From: Methanobacteriota archaeon
Lineage (GTDB): Archaea; Halobacteriota; Bog-38; Methanoflorentales; Methanoflorentaceae
DNA length: 64,000 bases
Assembly (NCBI GenBank): GCA_963719035.1
Contig: CAVRAO010000011.1
Coordinates: 32,001-96,000, forward strand
Direction: 5' to 3'
Positions within the stretch are counted from its first letter, which is position 1. The number at the start of each line of letters is the position of its first letter. The translations under genes were made by a program, and so were the position numbers. Below the pieces are notes generated by a model. The model was given only the letters and a program-made list of their open reading frames with translations, did not search any database and had not been told where the DNA came from. Shown in pieces: positions 1 through 8,761 of the stretch.

Positions 1-366
1 ACAAAAAAGAGGGGGTACTCTTCTCGCTCCGAGGGAATGCGGGACGCCATAAGGAACACTATAGTTCTTTATGAGTGGATGAACCAGGTCGATGGAAAAC
101 GCTTAGGCGTTATTTCGCTTGTTTATGAGCATCACCAGCGAGGGCTGAGTGATAACTTAGCCAGGATACAGCACGAACACGCGGACTTAATCATATCGTC
201 CGTCCACATCCACTTGGACCACGGTGACTGCTTAGAGACCGTTATCTTGCAAGGCGAAGGTAAGCGCATTAAGGAGCTCACCGAGACGATAATGGCGCTT
301 AAGGGCGTCAAATATGTGAAGCTTAATACGATCTCACCTAGCTCCAGCGATCAACAACCCCTATGA
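1..366 (+). CDS. nikR: Nickel-responsive regulator NikR (5'-truncated by window edge)
   Basis: Frame is open from base 1: KRGYSSRSEGMRDAIR (ribbon-helix-helix) then YEHH...QH...SSVHIHLDHGDCLE Ni-binding domain; adjacent to ECF transporter. Confidence 0.95.
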   Translation, partial: TKKRGYSSRSEGMRDAIRNTIVLYEWMNQVDGKRLGVISLVYEHHQRGLSDNLARIQHEHADLIISSVHIHLDHGDCLETVILQGEGKRIKELTETIMALKGVKYVKLNTISPSSSDQQPL

Positions 367-1298
367 TACCTGAGTGGATGAAAGAGGTCGAGCCGTGCAA
401 TTGTGACGCCGTTAGCGTAGAGAAGAAAAAGAGTTTTGTGGAAAAGACGATTTCTGGCATCCTCAATTTTTTTGAGGAGACTATGATCTCTGAGAGTTAT
501 ATAAAACGAAACGGTTTCTTACAAAGCATCGATCCTCGGGTGAAGTTGATCTCTTTGCTTATTTTGATTCTCGCCGTTAGCATGACTCGAGTTATCGAGG
601 TATTAGTTATCGTTTATATGTTGACCTTGGCCCTTGCAGTTGCGAGCAAGATAGACTTACTCTTTTTTATCAAACGCGTGTGGGTCTTCGTTCCTATATT
701 TGCTGGTGTCATAATGATTCCGGTTATATTCAACGTCTTTTTACCTGGCGATAATCTAGTAACAATCGCTACTTTTGGCAATGGCACATACGTCGGGCCC
801 ATTCTTCTGCCAAGTTCAATCTATATCACTCAACAGGGAACGATTACTGCCGCTAGGTTTATTTTGCGAGTAGCTACGTGTGTCTCAATCACAGTGTTGT
901 TGGTCCTTACAACAAAGCGCGACGTCCTTTTCAAGTCGCTCAGATCACTTTACGTTCCAAAAGTCTACGTTCTGACGTTCGACATGTGCTATAGGTACAT
1001 CTTCTTTCTCATGGACGCCATCCGGGATTTTTTCACGGCCAAAAAGAGCAGGACAGTTACGACGTTACCATTGCGCGAAGAACAAAAATGGGTGGCCGGG
1101 CGTATTGGCTATATGCTTGTGAAATCGCTGGATACTAGTGAGCGGGTGCACAAAGCAATGCTCTCCCGCGGCTTTGATGGCGATGTGAAACTCATGCACG
1201 ACTACGCGATACAAAAGAGAGATTACGCAACGATCGTAAGCTTCGCTATGTTTAGCGTGGTTCTAATCCTCATCGCCCAGAACGTCATTAAGATCTAA
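363..1298 (+). CDS. cbiQ: Ni/Co ECF transporter transmembrane T component (CbiQ/NikQ)
   Basis: IDPRVKL and AMLSRGF motifs, multiple TM helices, overlaps nikR stop. Confidence 0.92.
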   Translation: MIPEWMKEVEPCNCDAVSVEKKKSFVEKTISGILNFFEETMISESYIKRNGFLQSIDPRVKLISLLILILAVSMTRVIEVLVIVYMLTLALAVASKIDLLFFIKRVWVFVPIFAGVIMIPVIFNVFLPGDNLVTIATFGNGTYVGPILLPSSIYITQQGTITAARFILRVATCVSITVLLVLTTKRDVLFKSLRSLYVPKVYVLTFDMCYRYIFFLMDAIRDFFTAKKSRTVTTLPLREEQKWVAGRIGYMLVKSLDTSERVHKAMLSRGFDGDVKLMHDYAIQKRDYATIVSFAMFSVVLILIAQNVIKI

Positions 1299-1319
1299 CT
1301 GTCATCGCGAGGATACTTT

Positions 1320-2162
1320 ATGGAGACAATCTTCGATTTACAAAACGTCTCATACACCTATTTGGAAAAGTTCGAAGCACTGAAGGATGTGAACTTGACG
1401 ATGACTGAGGGTGAGCAGATCGTGGTAGTGGGAGCGAACGGCAGCGGAAAATCTACCCTCCTCTCTATACTAGCTGCGCTGATCTTCCCGACAGCCGGTG
1501 AGTTCTATGCGTTCGGCAACGCGGTCAAAGAGGAAGGTTTCAACTCGCTTGACGGTAATGAGTTCGGCCGCTATTTCAGAAAAAACGTAGGTTTCGTGTT
1601 TCAAAACCCAGACATACAGCTATTTTGCTCCACCGTCTTTGATGAGATCGCCTTTGGGCCACTACAACTAGATATGCCACTAGAGGAAGTAAAAAGCCGA
1701 ACCGAAGAGATCATGTCGCTAATGGGGCTCTCTGGCTTAAGGGACCGAGCGCCTCACACGCTTAGCGGGGGTGAGAAAAAGAAGGTCTGCATTGCCTCGA
1801 TACTCTCTGTTAATCCCGATGTGTTGCTGCTAGACGAGCCTACTGCAGGATTAGACCCGCGCAGTCAATTGTGGTTCATTGAGCTTCTCCAGGATCTCGC
1901 TAAAGCTGGTAAAACGGTCATTACGGCTACTCACGATCTTGACATTATTGAACAGATAAGCACAAGGGCTATTGTCTTCGGTGAGGACCACACGATAAAA
2001 GCTGACTCTGATTGTGTTGCAGTAATGAACGATGTAGAACTATTACTCTCCACAAACCTGCTTCACGAACATATGCATCGGCACGCTACGCTAATGCACG
2101 ACCATCTACACAAGATCGATGCAGCGCATCACGACGAGGCTGATCATTATAACGAGGACTAA
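1320..2162 (+). CDS. cbiO: Ni/Co ECF transporter ATPase (CbiO/NikO) with His-rich tail
   Basis: GANGSGKST, FQNPD, LSGGEKK, LLLDEPT; C-terminal HEHMHRH...HDHLH...HH. Confidence 0.93.
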   Translation: METIFDLQNVSYTYLEKFEALKDVNLTMTEGEQIVVVGANGSGKSTLLSILAALIFPTAGEFYAFGNAVKEEGFNSLDGNEFGRYFRKNVGFVFQNPDIQLFCSTVFDEIAFGPLQLDMPLEEVKSRTEEIMSLMGLSGLRDRAPHTLSGGEKKKVCIASILSVNPDVLLLDEPTAGLDPRSQLWFIELLQDLAKAGKTVITATHDLDIIEQISTRAIVFGEDHTIKADSDCVAVMNDVELLLSTNLLHEHMHRHATLMHDHLHKIDAAHHDEADHYNED

Positions 2163-2475
2163 AAAAGGCATCCTCTTGTAAAAGAATGAAGGTAGACATC
2201 CCTGGAAGCCTTAATTCATGAATAAACTAAAATAAACACTCTGAATTATTCCCTCACCCCGCTACTGGTAGCACGTTTCGTCGCCGGGTAGTAGCTCCAA
2301 TGGTATCTGGTTCGGGTGTATATCGCAGATTATATTCCCAATTAGATTTCAGCGATAGTGACGCATTTGTTACAAATTGAGGGGGTCATGAGATGAAGCG
2401 TGGGTCCTGTTGTTGTTTGTTTCGAGTGCTCTACTCGATTACGTAAAAAAAGAAAAGAAGAAACAACGAGCCTAC

Positions 2476-2811
2476 TTATAGCCCGCTGTTTTTTGAACTA
2501 CCACGCACTAGAGCTTTTCCAAGGAGCCATAACAAAACTCCACAGACTATGACTCCTATGATCGCTGACAGCCAATACCCCACGCTAATGCCTAGGAACT
2601 CTTCTCCGAGAGCCTCTAAAGCATAGTCTGGTATAGGCGCTGTCCATGTGCTAGCAAGGCTTTCAAGGCCTGTTGGGATAAACCCAACCTCTTCTTCAAG
2701 TTCCTCAATCCCCCACTCGCCAAAAGCAGTTCCGACCGCAAGCAGGCCGAGGGGGACGAGTAAGATCAGTATAGCAAGCCCTATTAGCAAATTCCTAAGA
2801 AGCTTGTCCAT
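2476..2811 (-). CDS. PDGLE-domain ECF accessory membrane protein (NikN-like)
   Basis: Two TM helices with AFGEWG and APIPDY motifs; directly downstream of cbiM/nikM. Confidence 0.85.
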   Translation of the reverse strand: MDKLLRNLLIGLAILILLVPLGLLAVGTAFGEWGIEELEEEVGFIPTGLESLASTWTAPIPDYALEALGEEFLGISVGYWLSAIIGVIVCGVLLWLLGKALVRGSSKNSGL

Positions 2812-2822
2812 TGGTCTCCCTC

Positions 2823-3545
2823 CTATGCTGGCGCCGGAGGCGCAGCGGACCTTATTTTATCTTGTCCTCCTTTATAGTCGAAGATGATTGTAGGATCATA
2901 GCGAGCTATGTAAGCAAACGCTAGTGCCGTTATTATTGCTTCGACAAAGCAGAACAGAACCAGATGTTCGATCATCATAGCCGGGATCGTAACATCAAGC
3001 CCGTAGGGCATATATAAGGGCACACCGTCTGCACCGGTGTGAAGTGCAGGTTGTATGCCGAGCTCAAGGGCTGTGAAGAACGCGCCGGCGGCGAGGGCTA
3101 CGTATCCGCCAACTCCAGCAGCTAGTGTTCTTGTATTTGACGTAATCTCTGTTTTTCCGCTGATAAACTTATACACATAATACGCGAGGAACGGCATGAC
3201 AAACGCCATGTTGAAGCAGTTCGCTCCTATAGCTGTGATCCCCCCATCGCCGAAAAGCAACGCTTGCATAATGAGCGCAACGCTAACGGTTACGACCGCT
3301 ACCCAAGGCCCTAATATAATCGCGATAAGTGCACTGCCTACAGCGTGTCCAGTGCTCCCGCCTACGATGGGCACGTTGAACATCATGATAACGAAGGAAA
3401 ACGCGGCTGCTAGCGCAAGGTATGGTATTTGTCTGTCTTTGAGGTTGTTTTTAAGCCAATACCCTGCATAGAGCCAAATCGGGATCATAACGACCCATAG
3501 AATTCCGTACGTTATCGGTCCGATATATCCGTCTGGTATATGCAA
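2823..3545 (-). CDS. cbiM: Ni/Co ECF substrate-binding S component (CbiM/NikM)
   Basis: N-terminal MHIPDG metal-binding motif, GGSTGH, GDGGITAIGAN. Confidence 0.95.
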   Translation of the reverse strand: MHIPDGYIGPITYGILWVVMIPIWLYAGYWLKNNLKDRQIPYLALAAAFSFVIMMFNVPIVGGSTGHAVGSALIAIILGPWVAVVTVSVALIMQALLFGDGGITAIGANCFNMAFVMPFLAYYVYKFISGKTEITSNTRTLAAGVGGYVALAAGAFFTALELGIQPALHTGADGVPLYMPYGLDVTIPAMMIEHLVLFCFVEAIITALAFAYIARYDPTIIFDYKGGQDKIRSAAPPAPA

Positions 3546-3897
3546 TTAAATCACCAAAAAAGTAATAAAAAGGAAGTTATAAAAAGCTATCGAATCGTAG
3601 CACAAAGTGTATCTTGTTTGATAAAAACGTAATAATATATTAGACTAAAAATCGGGTCTACACGAATACGCTATGTTTGTGGAATCTCAAAAGATGAAGA
3701 GAGCAAGTCTAAGGTCATTTTAATAGACCCAGTTAAGCTAGCGTCAATTGATTAAAAGAAGTAATTAACTCAGTCCGTTCACTTTAGCACAGCAATACTC
3801 AATAGTAACGACCACCGCTCACCTCATTGATTTCTTTGAACGCTATAAGCGATAGAGTTCATTGCCATAGGATTAAATATGGGTGTTGGGCTTAGTC

Positions 3898-4110
3898 ATG
3901 CGCATGCTAAAAGCACGGAGCAAAATGCGGAAATCAAAGAACAAGGCTTACATTTACGTTCCTATGGCGATTGTTCTTGACGAGCAGTTCCCCTTCAAAA
4001 CTCACACAGACCCTGAGATGGTAGAGGTCGAAATCTCTATACAAAAGGGCGGATTAACGATTAAACCCATTGAACAGTCTATTCGTGATGATGCCTTAAT
4101 GTATGACTAA
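3898..4110 (+). CDS. Small AbrB/swapped-hairpin-like DNA-binding protein (paralog of 7201..7428)
   Basis: Shares R-SKN-A...P-M-I-DE-FPF...V(E)-I-G-L-I-P...DD..YD pattern with 7201..7428; fold assignment is inference. Confidence 0.6.
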   Translation: MRMLKARSKMRKSKNKAYIYVPMAIVLDEQFPFKTHTDPEMVEVEISIQKGGLTIKPIEQSIRDDALMYD

Positions 4111-4224
4111 CACGTCTTCCACCTTCTCCAACAAACGTACGTGGTTACAAACCAGTCGGCTGAATTTGTCTAAAAAGCTTACACTAGACACAATCACTTT
4201 GAAGCTTAGATCTTTTTTAACAAA

Positions 4225-4274
4225 TCTATTAGAAGTCTAATAATTGCTTGTTAGATTTCCATTAGACTTAAATA
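4225..4274 (+). promoter_or_regulatory. Operator array A (four TCTAWTAGA-like nonamers, 11-bp period) abutting TATA-like TTAAATA
   Basis: tctattaga 4225, tctaataat 4236, cttgttaga 4247, tccattaga 4258; AAGTCTA-N23-TAGACTT. Confidence 0.7.
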
Positions 4275-4294
4275 CAAAAAGAACAATTATGATG

Positions 4295-4415
4295 CGGCAA
4301 GTATCCCTCCTAAAGAGATCACCGATTGGCCAAACGTAATTGGTGCTTCGCGTGCGTGCTGGGATCCTCCTTTAATCCCAGCACTTGGAGCGATATGTGT
4401 CTCATAATCTTTTTT
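4295..4415 (+). ncRNA. Candidate structured small RNA with CU-rich anti-SD loop
   Basis: Downstream of TATA; hairpins CACCGATTG/TAATTGGTG and GTGCTGGGAT-cctccttta-ATCCCAGCAC; ends in T-run. Confidence 0.45.
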
Positions 4416-4629
4416 GAACACTTACTTACCCCTTGATAATATGCCTTCGCGCAGGACAGATAGTTGAAATAAGGACATTATCGCGCAAAGACCTGTTACA
4501 GCCCGCTTCCCTCTCTTCGATGAGTTTAAATCCCGTAGCGAACACTTGAATCACGATTAAAAAAATTACAGTTGGGGACCGTAACTTCAGAATTAGACAT
4601 TTCTATACGCTAGATGGAGGGCACATCAT

Positions 4630-5445
4630 TTGATGGACAAATGGGATCCCGAGGACTATTCTAAACATTCATATTCACAATATGCGTTCGCCTTGGGACT
4701 AGTAGGAAGGCTCGGGCTTCTTGGTAACGAGCGCATTTTGGATATTGGTTGTGGTGATGGGAAGATAACCGCTAAGCTTGCTGCATGTGTGCCAAACGGG
4801 TCTGTCGTTGGCATTGATTCCTCTGCTGACATGATCGCCTTTGCTAAAAACATGTTCCCGCCGTCAGAACATCCAAACCTCCTATTTCGCTGTGGGGACG
4901 CCGCGAAGCTCAAGTTTTGCCAGGAATTCGACCTTGTTGTGTCCTTTGCCTGTCTCCACTGGACTGATGACCTAGTGACGGTATTTCAAGGTATTAAACA
5001 GAGTCTCGCGCCAGGCGGTCGGTTTGCGGCTCAGCTCATGGTGAAGCGACTTACCACAGAAAAGAGAAGCGGGTCTCCGTTGCACCAAGCACGAAGAGAG
5101 GTTATAGATCGCCCCGCTTGGAGAGCGTATTTTCAGGGTTTCGAGAGGCAAGGGACGGTTTACCGTGCCGATGAATACGAAAGGATTCTGCGCGAAGCCG
5201 AGTTCGTCCCGCGCCGAATCGAGTTCGTTACGGAAGATGTGACACACCCCGGAACAGACGCACTAAAGGGGTGCGCACGAGCCACATGGCACCGGTATAC
5301 TAACCGAATTCCGGTCGAGCGCCGCCCCGCCTTTCTTGATGAGGTCGTGCAGCGCTTTATTGAGTTGCACCCTCCTGATCGCAACGGGCAGATACATGTT
5401 CGTGGGAATATATTAGAGGTCGAAGCCACGATAGCAAACAAATGA
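4630..5445 (+). CDS. Class I SAM-dependent methyltransferase (trans-aconitate methyltransferase-like)
   Basis: WDPEDY start, ILDIGCGDG, GIDSSADMI, FDLVVSFACLHW. Confidence 0.9.
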   Translation: MMDKWDPEDYSKHSYSQYAFALGLVGRLGLLGNERILDIGCGDGKITAKLAACVPNGSVVGIDSSADMIAFAKNMFPPSEHPNLLFRCGDAAKLKFCQEFDLVVSFACLHWTDDLVTVFQGIKQSLAPGGRFAAQLMVKRLTTEKRSGSPLHQARREVIDRPAWRAYFQGFERQGTVYRADEYERILREAEFVPRRIEFVTEDVTHPGTDALKGCARATWHRYTNRIPVERRPAFLDEVVQRFIELHPPDRNGQIHVRGNILEVEATIANK

Positions 5446-5531
5446 CTGTTTGCCGCCCTTCTGTTATATGAAGAATTTTGGTGCTATAGCGCTATGATAA
5501 GTGGTTGACGATCAAACCTTCTATGTTGCTT

Positions 5532-6428
5532 TTAGAGCTTACTTACGGTTTTACTGATCAGGACTGAGGTGTTGTTTACCTTGCCTGTCGGTAGCACCCT
5601 CCCCGACTCGTGAAACCCAGCCAAATCCTCTGCGGTCACCGTCGGATACAGGATCGCCCGCATGCCACTGTAAGTCCGATAAAGGATTTTAGTTTCCGTC
5701 GAGACAACACTGCGGACATTCGTAAAGACTCGATTTTTTGGCTCTGCAGACGCCCCTACAATAACCCCATCATACTTCAAATCCGCCAATGCAGATTCAT
5801 CGCCACATACCACTTCAATCGACGAGCTAAACCCTAGTTTATCGAGAACCTGTCTTGAAAGGTCCGCAATTTGTGGGACAAGTTCGAGGCTGATCCCTTC
5901 CACTCCATAGTGCGTATTGAGCAGCATTGACGTTAAGGGCACTGATCCCCCGCCAATGAACACCACCCGATCCCCTGCTGAGAAGGCTGCTAGCAGTACC
6001 TCGTTGCCAACTAAGGTTAGGTAGCGGTTGTAGTAATGGAACGATTCAACCTCTGCCCACGGGTCATCAGCTATCAGTATATCACGAGCGTTCTGAGTTT
6101 CAAGACGAGTGCCCACTGCAACGTAGAACGCTCGAATGACCTTTAAAGCCTCACTAATTCGTTCATCGTTAAGGATAAGCTGCGCCGATACAAAGTTGAT
6201 CTCCATGTCTTGCGCAATTACTTCGATCGCATCAAGCAGCGGGATGATCTTATCTAACGGCTGGCGTTCAAGATCGTCACCGTCATACTTGCTCAACTCA
6301 TCGGCTATTGCAGAGATTTTGACATAGTAATCGTTACGTTTCATAGAATCTTCGGCAACAGTTTTCACAAGTCGCGGTTCAGATACAACCGCTCGGTATG
6401 TAGTGTCGACTTTGCTGATAACAGACAT
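5532..6428 (-). CDS. Nicotianamine synthase-like protein (copy 1)
   Basis: FHYYNRYLTLVGNE, VFIGGGSVPLTS, AEPK, YRTYSGMRAILY, GKVNNT motifs as in archaeal NAS-like enzymes. Confidence 0.85.
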   Translation of the reverse strand: MSVISKVDTTYRAVVSEPRLVKTVAEDSMKRNDYYVKISAIADELSKYDGDDLERQPLDKIIPLLDAIEVIAQDMEINFVSAQLILNDERISEALKVIRAFYVAVGTRLETQNARDILIADDPWAEVESFHYYNRYLTLVGNEVLLAAFSAGDRVVFIGGGSVPLTSMLLNTHYGVEGISLELVPQIADLSRQVLDKLGFSSSIEVVCGDESALADLKYDGVIVGASAEPKNRVFTNVRSVVSTETKILYRTYSGMRAILYPTVTAEDLAGFHESGRVLPTGKVNNTSVLISKTVSKL

Positions 6429-6742
6429 TAAGGTTACGTTTCAACCTCTAGTGCTCACCGTGTCCATCAGACGATTCGCCACACAATAATCGTTCCTCGC
6501 GATGTCTTGACGACGGAAAACATATTTGACGTAAATGGTGTCCGCACAACATTGGTTGACGGTAGGCCGGGAGTTGCATTGTTCCTTTGATGTCTGCTGA
6601 GTGATGGCAAATCTTGAGGAGATCCTGAGGGTACCTCTAGGGCCCTCTCAAGCGTATCCGTTAGTCTTGCCATTTTTAATCGAGTTAGGCGGCGTGCGAA
6701 CGCTCGGACAGTGGTTAGAAATCAAAAAGCAGTCGCCTGAGT

Positions 6743-6850
6743 AAAAAAACGAAACAATTTCGTGGACGGATATACTTTGGTTCATAAACGGACGTGCTGG
6801 GAAAAAGAGGTGAAACGCCCAGCACATATATTCCCTACTATAGACAGAGG
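6743..6850 (-). ncRNA. Candidate small RNA with GUGCUGGG stem and CACCUC loop
   Basis: Minus strand GTGCTGGG-cgtttcacctctttt-TCCCAGCAC; ends in ACGAAA/TTTCGT hairpin plus T7; downstream of operator B TATA. Confidence 0.45.
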
Positions 6851-6874
6851 CTAACATAACTCAATGAACCTTAT

Positions 6875-6917
6875 ACTTAAGTCTATTGGAATATTTTTAG
6901 AATTCTTATAGACTTAA
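6875..6917. promoter_or_regulatory. Operator array B / divergent promoter
   Basis: TTAAGTCTAT-N21-ATAGACTTAA inverted repeat; nonamers at 6882, 6893, 6904. Confidence 0.7.
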
Positions 6918-7009
6918 CTGTATAGAAACCGTGGTGAGCAAAGCAACTTCATACTCATTTGCGTTCTATGTGTTAAGTGGTTCCCATAAGTTGGATGGAG
7001 TGCTAAGAT

Positions 7010-7180
7010 ATGTGGACATCAAACAAACTGGAAGTAAGTGTAGTGAGCATAGCCGTACCCCTGGCTATGTGTAGCGCTGGGTGCAACTCACAATCATCAT
7101 CAAGAGAACGAACGAGACGACCAGTAGTATCGTTGAGACTAATCAATCGCCTGGTGACCATAATGGGAGGAATCCAGTAA
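7010..7180 (+). pseudogene. Short ORF with lipoprotein-like signal (possible remnant)
   Basis: MWTSNKLEVSVVSIAVPLAMCSAGCNSQSS resembles the lipobox signal of 23997..24713; downstream of operator B. Confidence 0.3.
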
Positions 7181-7200
7181 TAGAAAAACAAGCGGCAAGT

Positions 7201-7428
7201 TTAGGAGTCGTAGAGGGACTGAATATCGTCGACTATCGGCGGACGTGGACTTAATGGGCTTATAATCAAACTTCCTTCACTAATCGCAAGTTCTACGTCG
7301 AGTCGTTCCGGCATTTCCGACCCATCACTTAACCGGAACGGAAATCGCTCATCCATCAAAATCGTCATCGGTATGTCCAAAAACGCGCTGTTCTTGGATC
7401 GCCTTATGGTACTTATCGTGCCAATCAT
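7201..7428 (-). CDS. Small AbrB-like DNA-binding protein (paralog of 3898..4110)
   Basis: Clear paralogy by eye; TATA box about 25 bp upstream within operator C. Confidence 0.6.
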   Translation of the reverse strand: MIGTISTIRRSKNSAFLDIPMTILMDERFPFRLSDGSEMPERLDVELAISEGSLIISPLSPRPPIVDDIQSLYDS

Positions 7429-7451
7429 AAGAAATGAGGTACACTGGATGT

Positions 7452-7495
7452 TATTTAAGTCTAATGGTTGTCTAATAGAATTCTATTAGGCTTTA
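7452..7495 (-). promoter_or_regulatory. Operator array C overlapping promoter of AbrB-like gene
   Basis: Minus strand CCATTAGACTTAAATA is identical to 4259..4274; nonamers at 7460, 7471, 7482; AAGTCTA-N23-TAGGCTT. Confidence 0.7.
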
Positions 7496-7649
7496 AGGTC
7501 TGCCCTTTCACATTCGGGGTGACGTCGAACAGTTCTGACGCGATTCTCTGTTTGGAACGATAATCAGATTTAATTCAGATATTGCTTGAAGCACGTAGGT
7601 CATATAGTGGAAAAACACAACTGCAACTAGGTATTTGATTGTACGCTCT

Positions 7650-8623
7650 ATGGATACTAGCTACCTCTATGCACTCAAAAACTGCGCGCTGTGTGAGTGG
7701 AAATGCAACGTCGATAGGCTAAATGGTGAACGGGGGGTATGTCGCGTTGGACTACCAGAAATAGCGTATACGAGCTTTGCGCAGGTTCTCAAGAGCTATT
7801 CGATCACCTTCTTGGATGTTGCTTTCGGTGCATATACTGCAATGCATACCGCATCTCACAATACCCGATGCAGGCTGGCTCTATCGGGGATATCGGAGCC
7901 GGAAAACGTCGCAACCGAAGTTCGCAGGGCCTTAGACACCAAAACTGCACAGGAAATTGGGATTCATCGGCTCAGCTTCACTGGCGGAGAAGCGTCAATC
8001 CACATCCTATCTCGAGGCAGCAGTCGATAAAACGAAAGAAGTAATCCCAGACGTCGCAGTAGGCGTTGCGACAAATGGGTTTTCAACACCACATACGCTA
8101 AAACGGCTGTTGGCCATCGCTTCATACCTAAATTTTGAAATTAAGGCGTTTGATGACTCGGTGCATGGGTTACTGACCGGGGCCCCGTCAAACCAGTGTT
8201 GCGCAATGTGGAGTTCGTCATGACGCGGCACTCAGGAAAAATTCGGGTGATTCGCTCGGTTGCGACCTGGCATCACCGATGCAGAGGTGCCGAAGATGCT
8301 GAGTTCATCAGAGATACCAACCTGACATACGGTATCGACTCATTGGATTTAGGCCAAGTTACATCTTATAACCATCCGGGCCACGAAGCGCATGATGGAA
8401 AAACTTGTAGGTCGTGCAAGGACTTAGGAATAAAACGGATGGACATCTCACCATTATATCAAGGAAGGGGCTGCACGTGAGAGCAACTCCACAGCAACTT
8501 GCAGCAAACTACTTAAGACACGCTGGATGCGTTACTGAGCCGAGAGATTGCGGTTCCTGCGCCGTGAAGAACAACTGCTCGGCAACGCTTATAGAGCCTT
8601 GGATGGTAAAGCTTTCCAGCTGA
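7650..8623 (+). pseudogene. Radical SAM protein (PflX/PFL-activase-like), split by several frameshifts
   Basis: CALCEWKC..GVCRV N-terminus, CxxxCxxC motif (GCCFRCIYC), SFTGGEASIH, VATNGF, EIKAFDD and a C-terminal Cys cluster in successive frames. Confidence 0.8.
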
Positions 8624-8761
8624 GGTTATAAGCCACAAAGATCGCGAAAACTGTGACGTGCTTACCGTTGATAAGAAGCAGTTAAGATCCGCGAAAGGTC
8701 GCTTGCGAGATAACAAGAGTGTTGGTGTCAGGAGTGCAGACTTGCGCAAAGGAGACGCTTT

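Noticed and set aside
3550-3650. NikR operator upstream of cbiM/nikM
   Set aside because: GTAATA/GTAGCA half-sites are present but I could not define a convincing palindrome.
6467-6673. Peptide precursor upstream of NAS copy 1
   Set aside because: No RBS or distinctive composition; the region is better explained as structured RNA.
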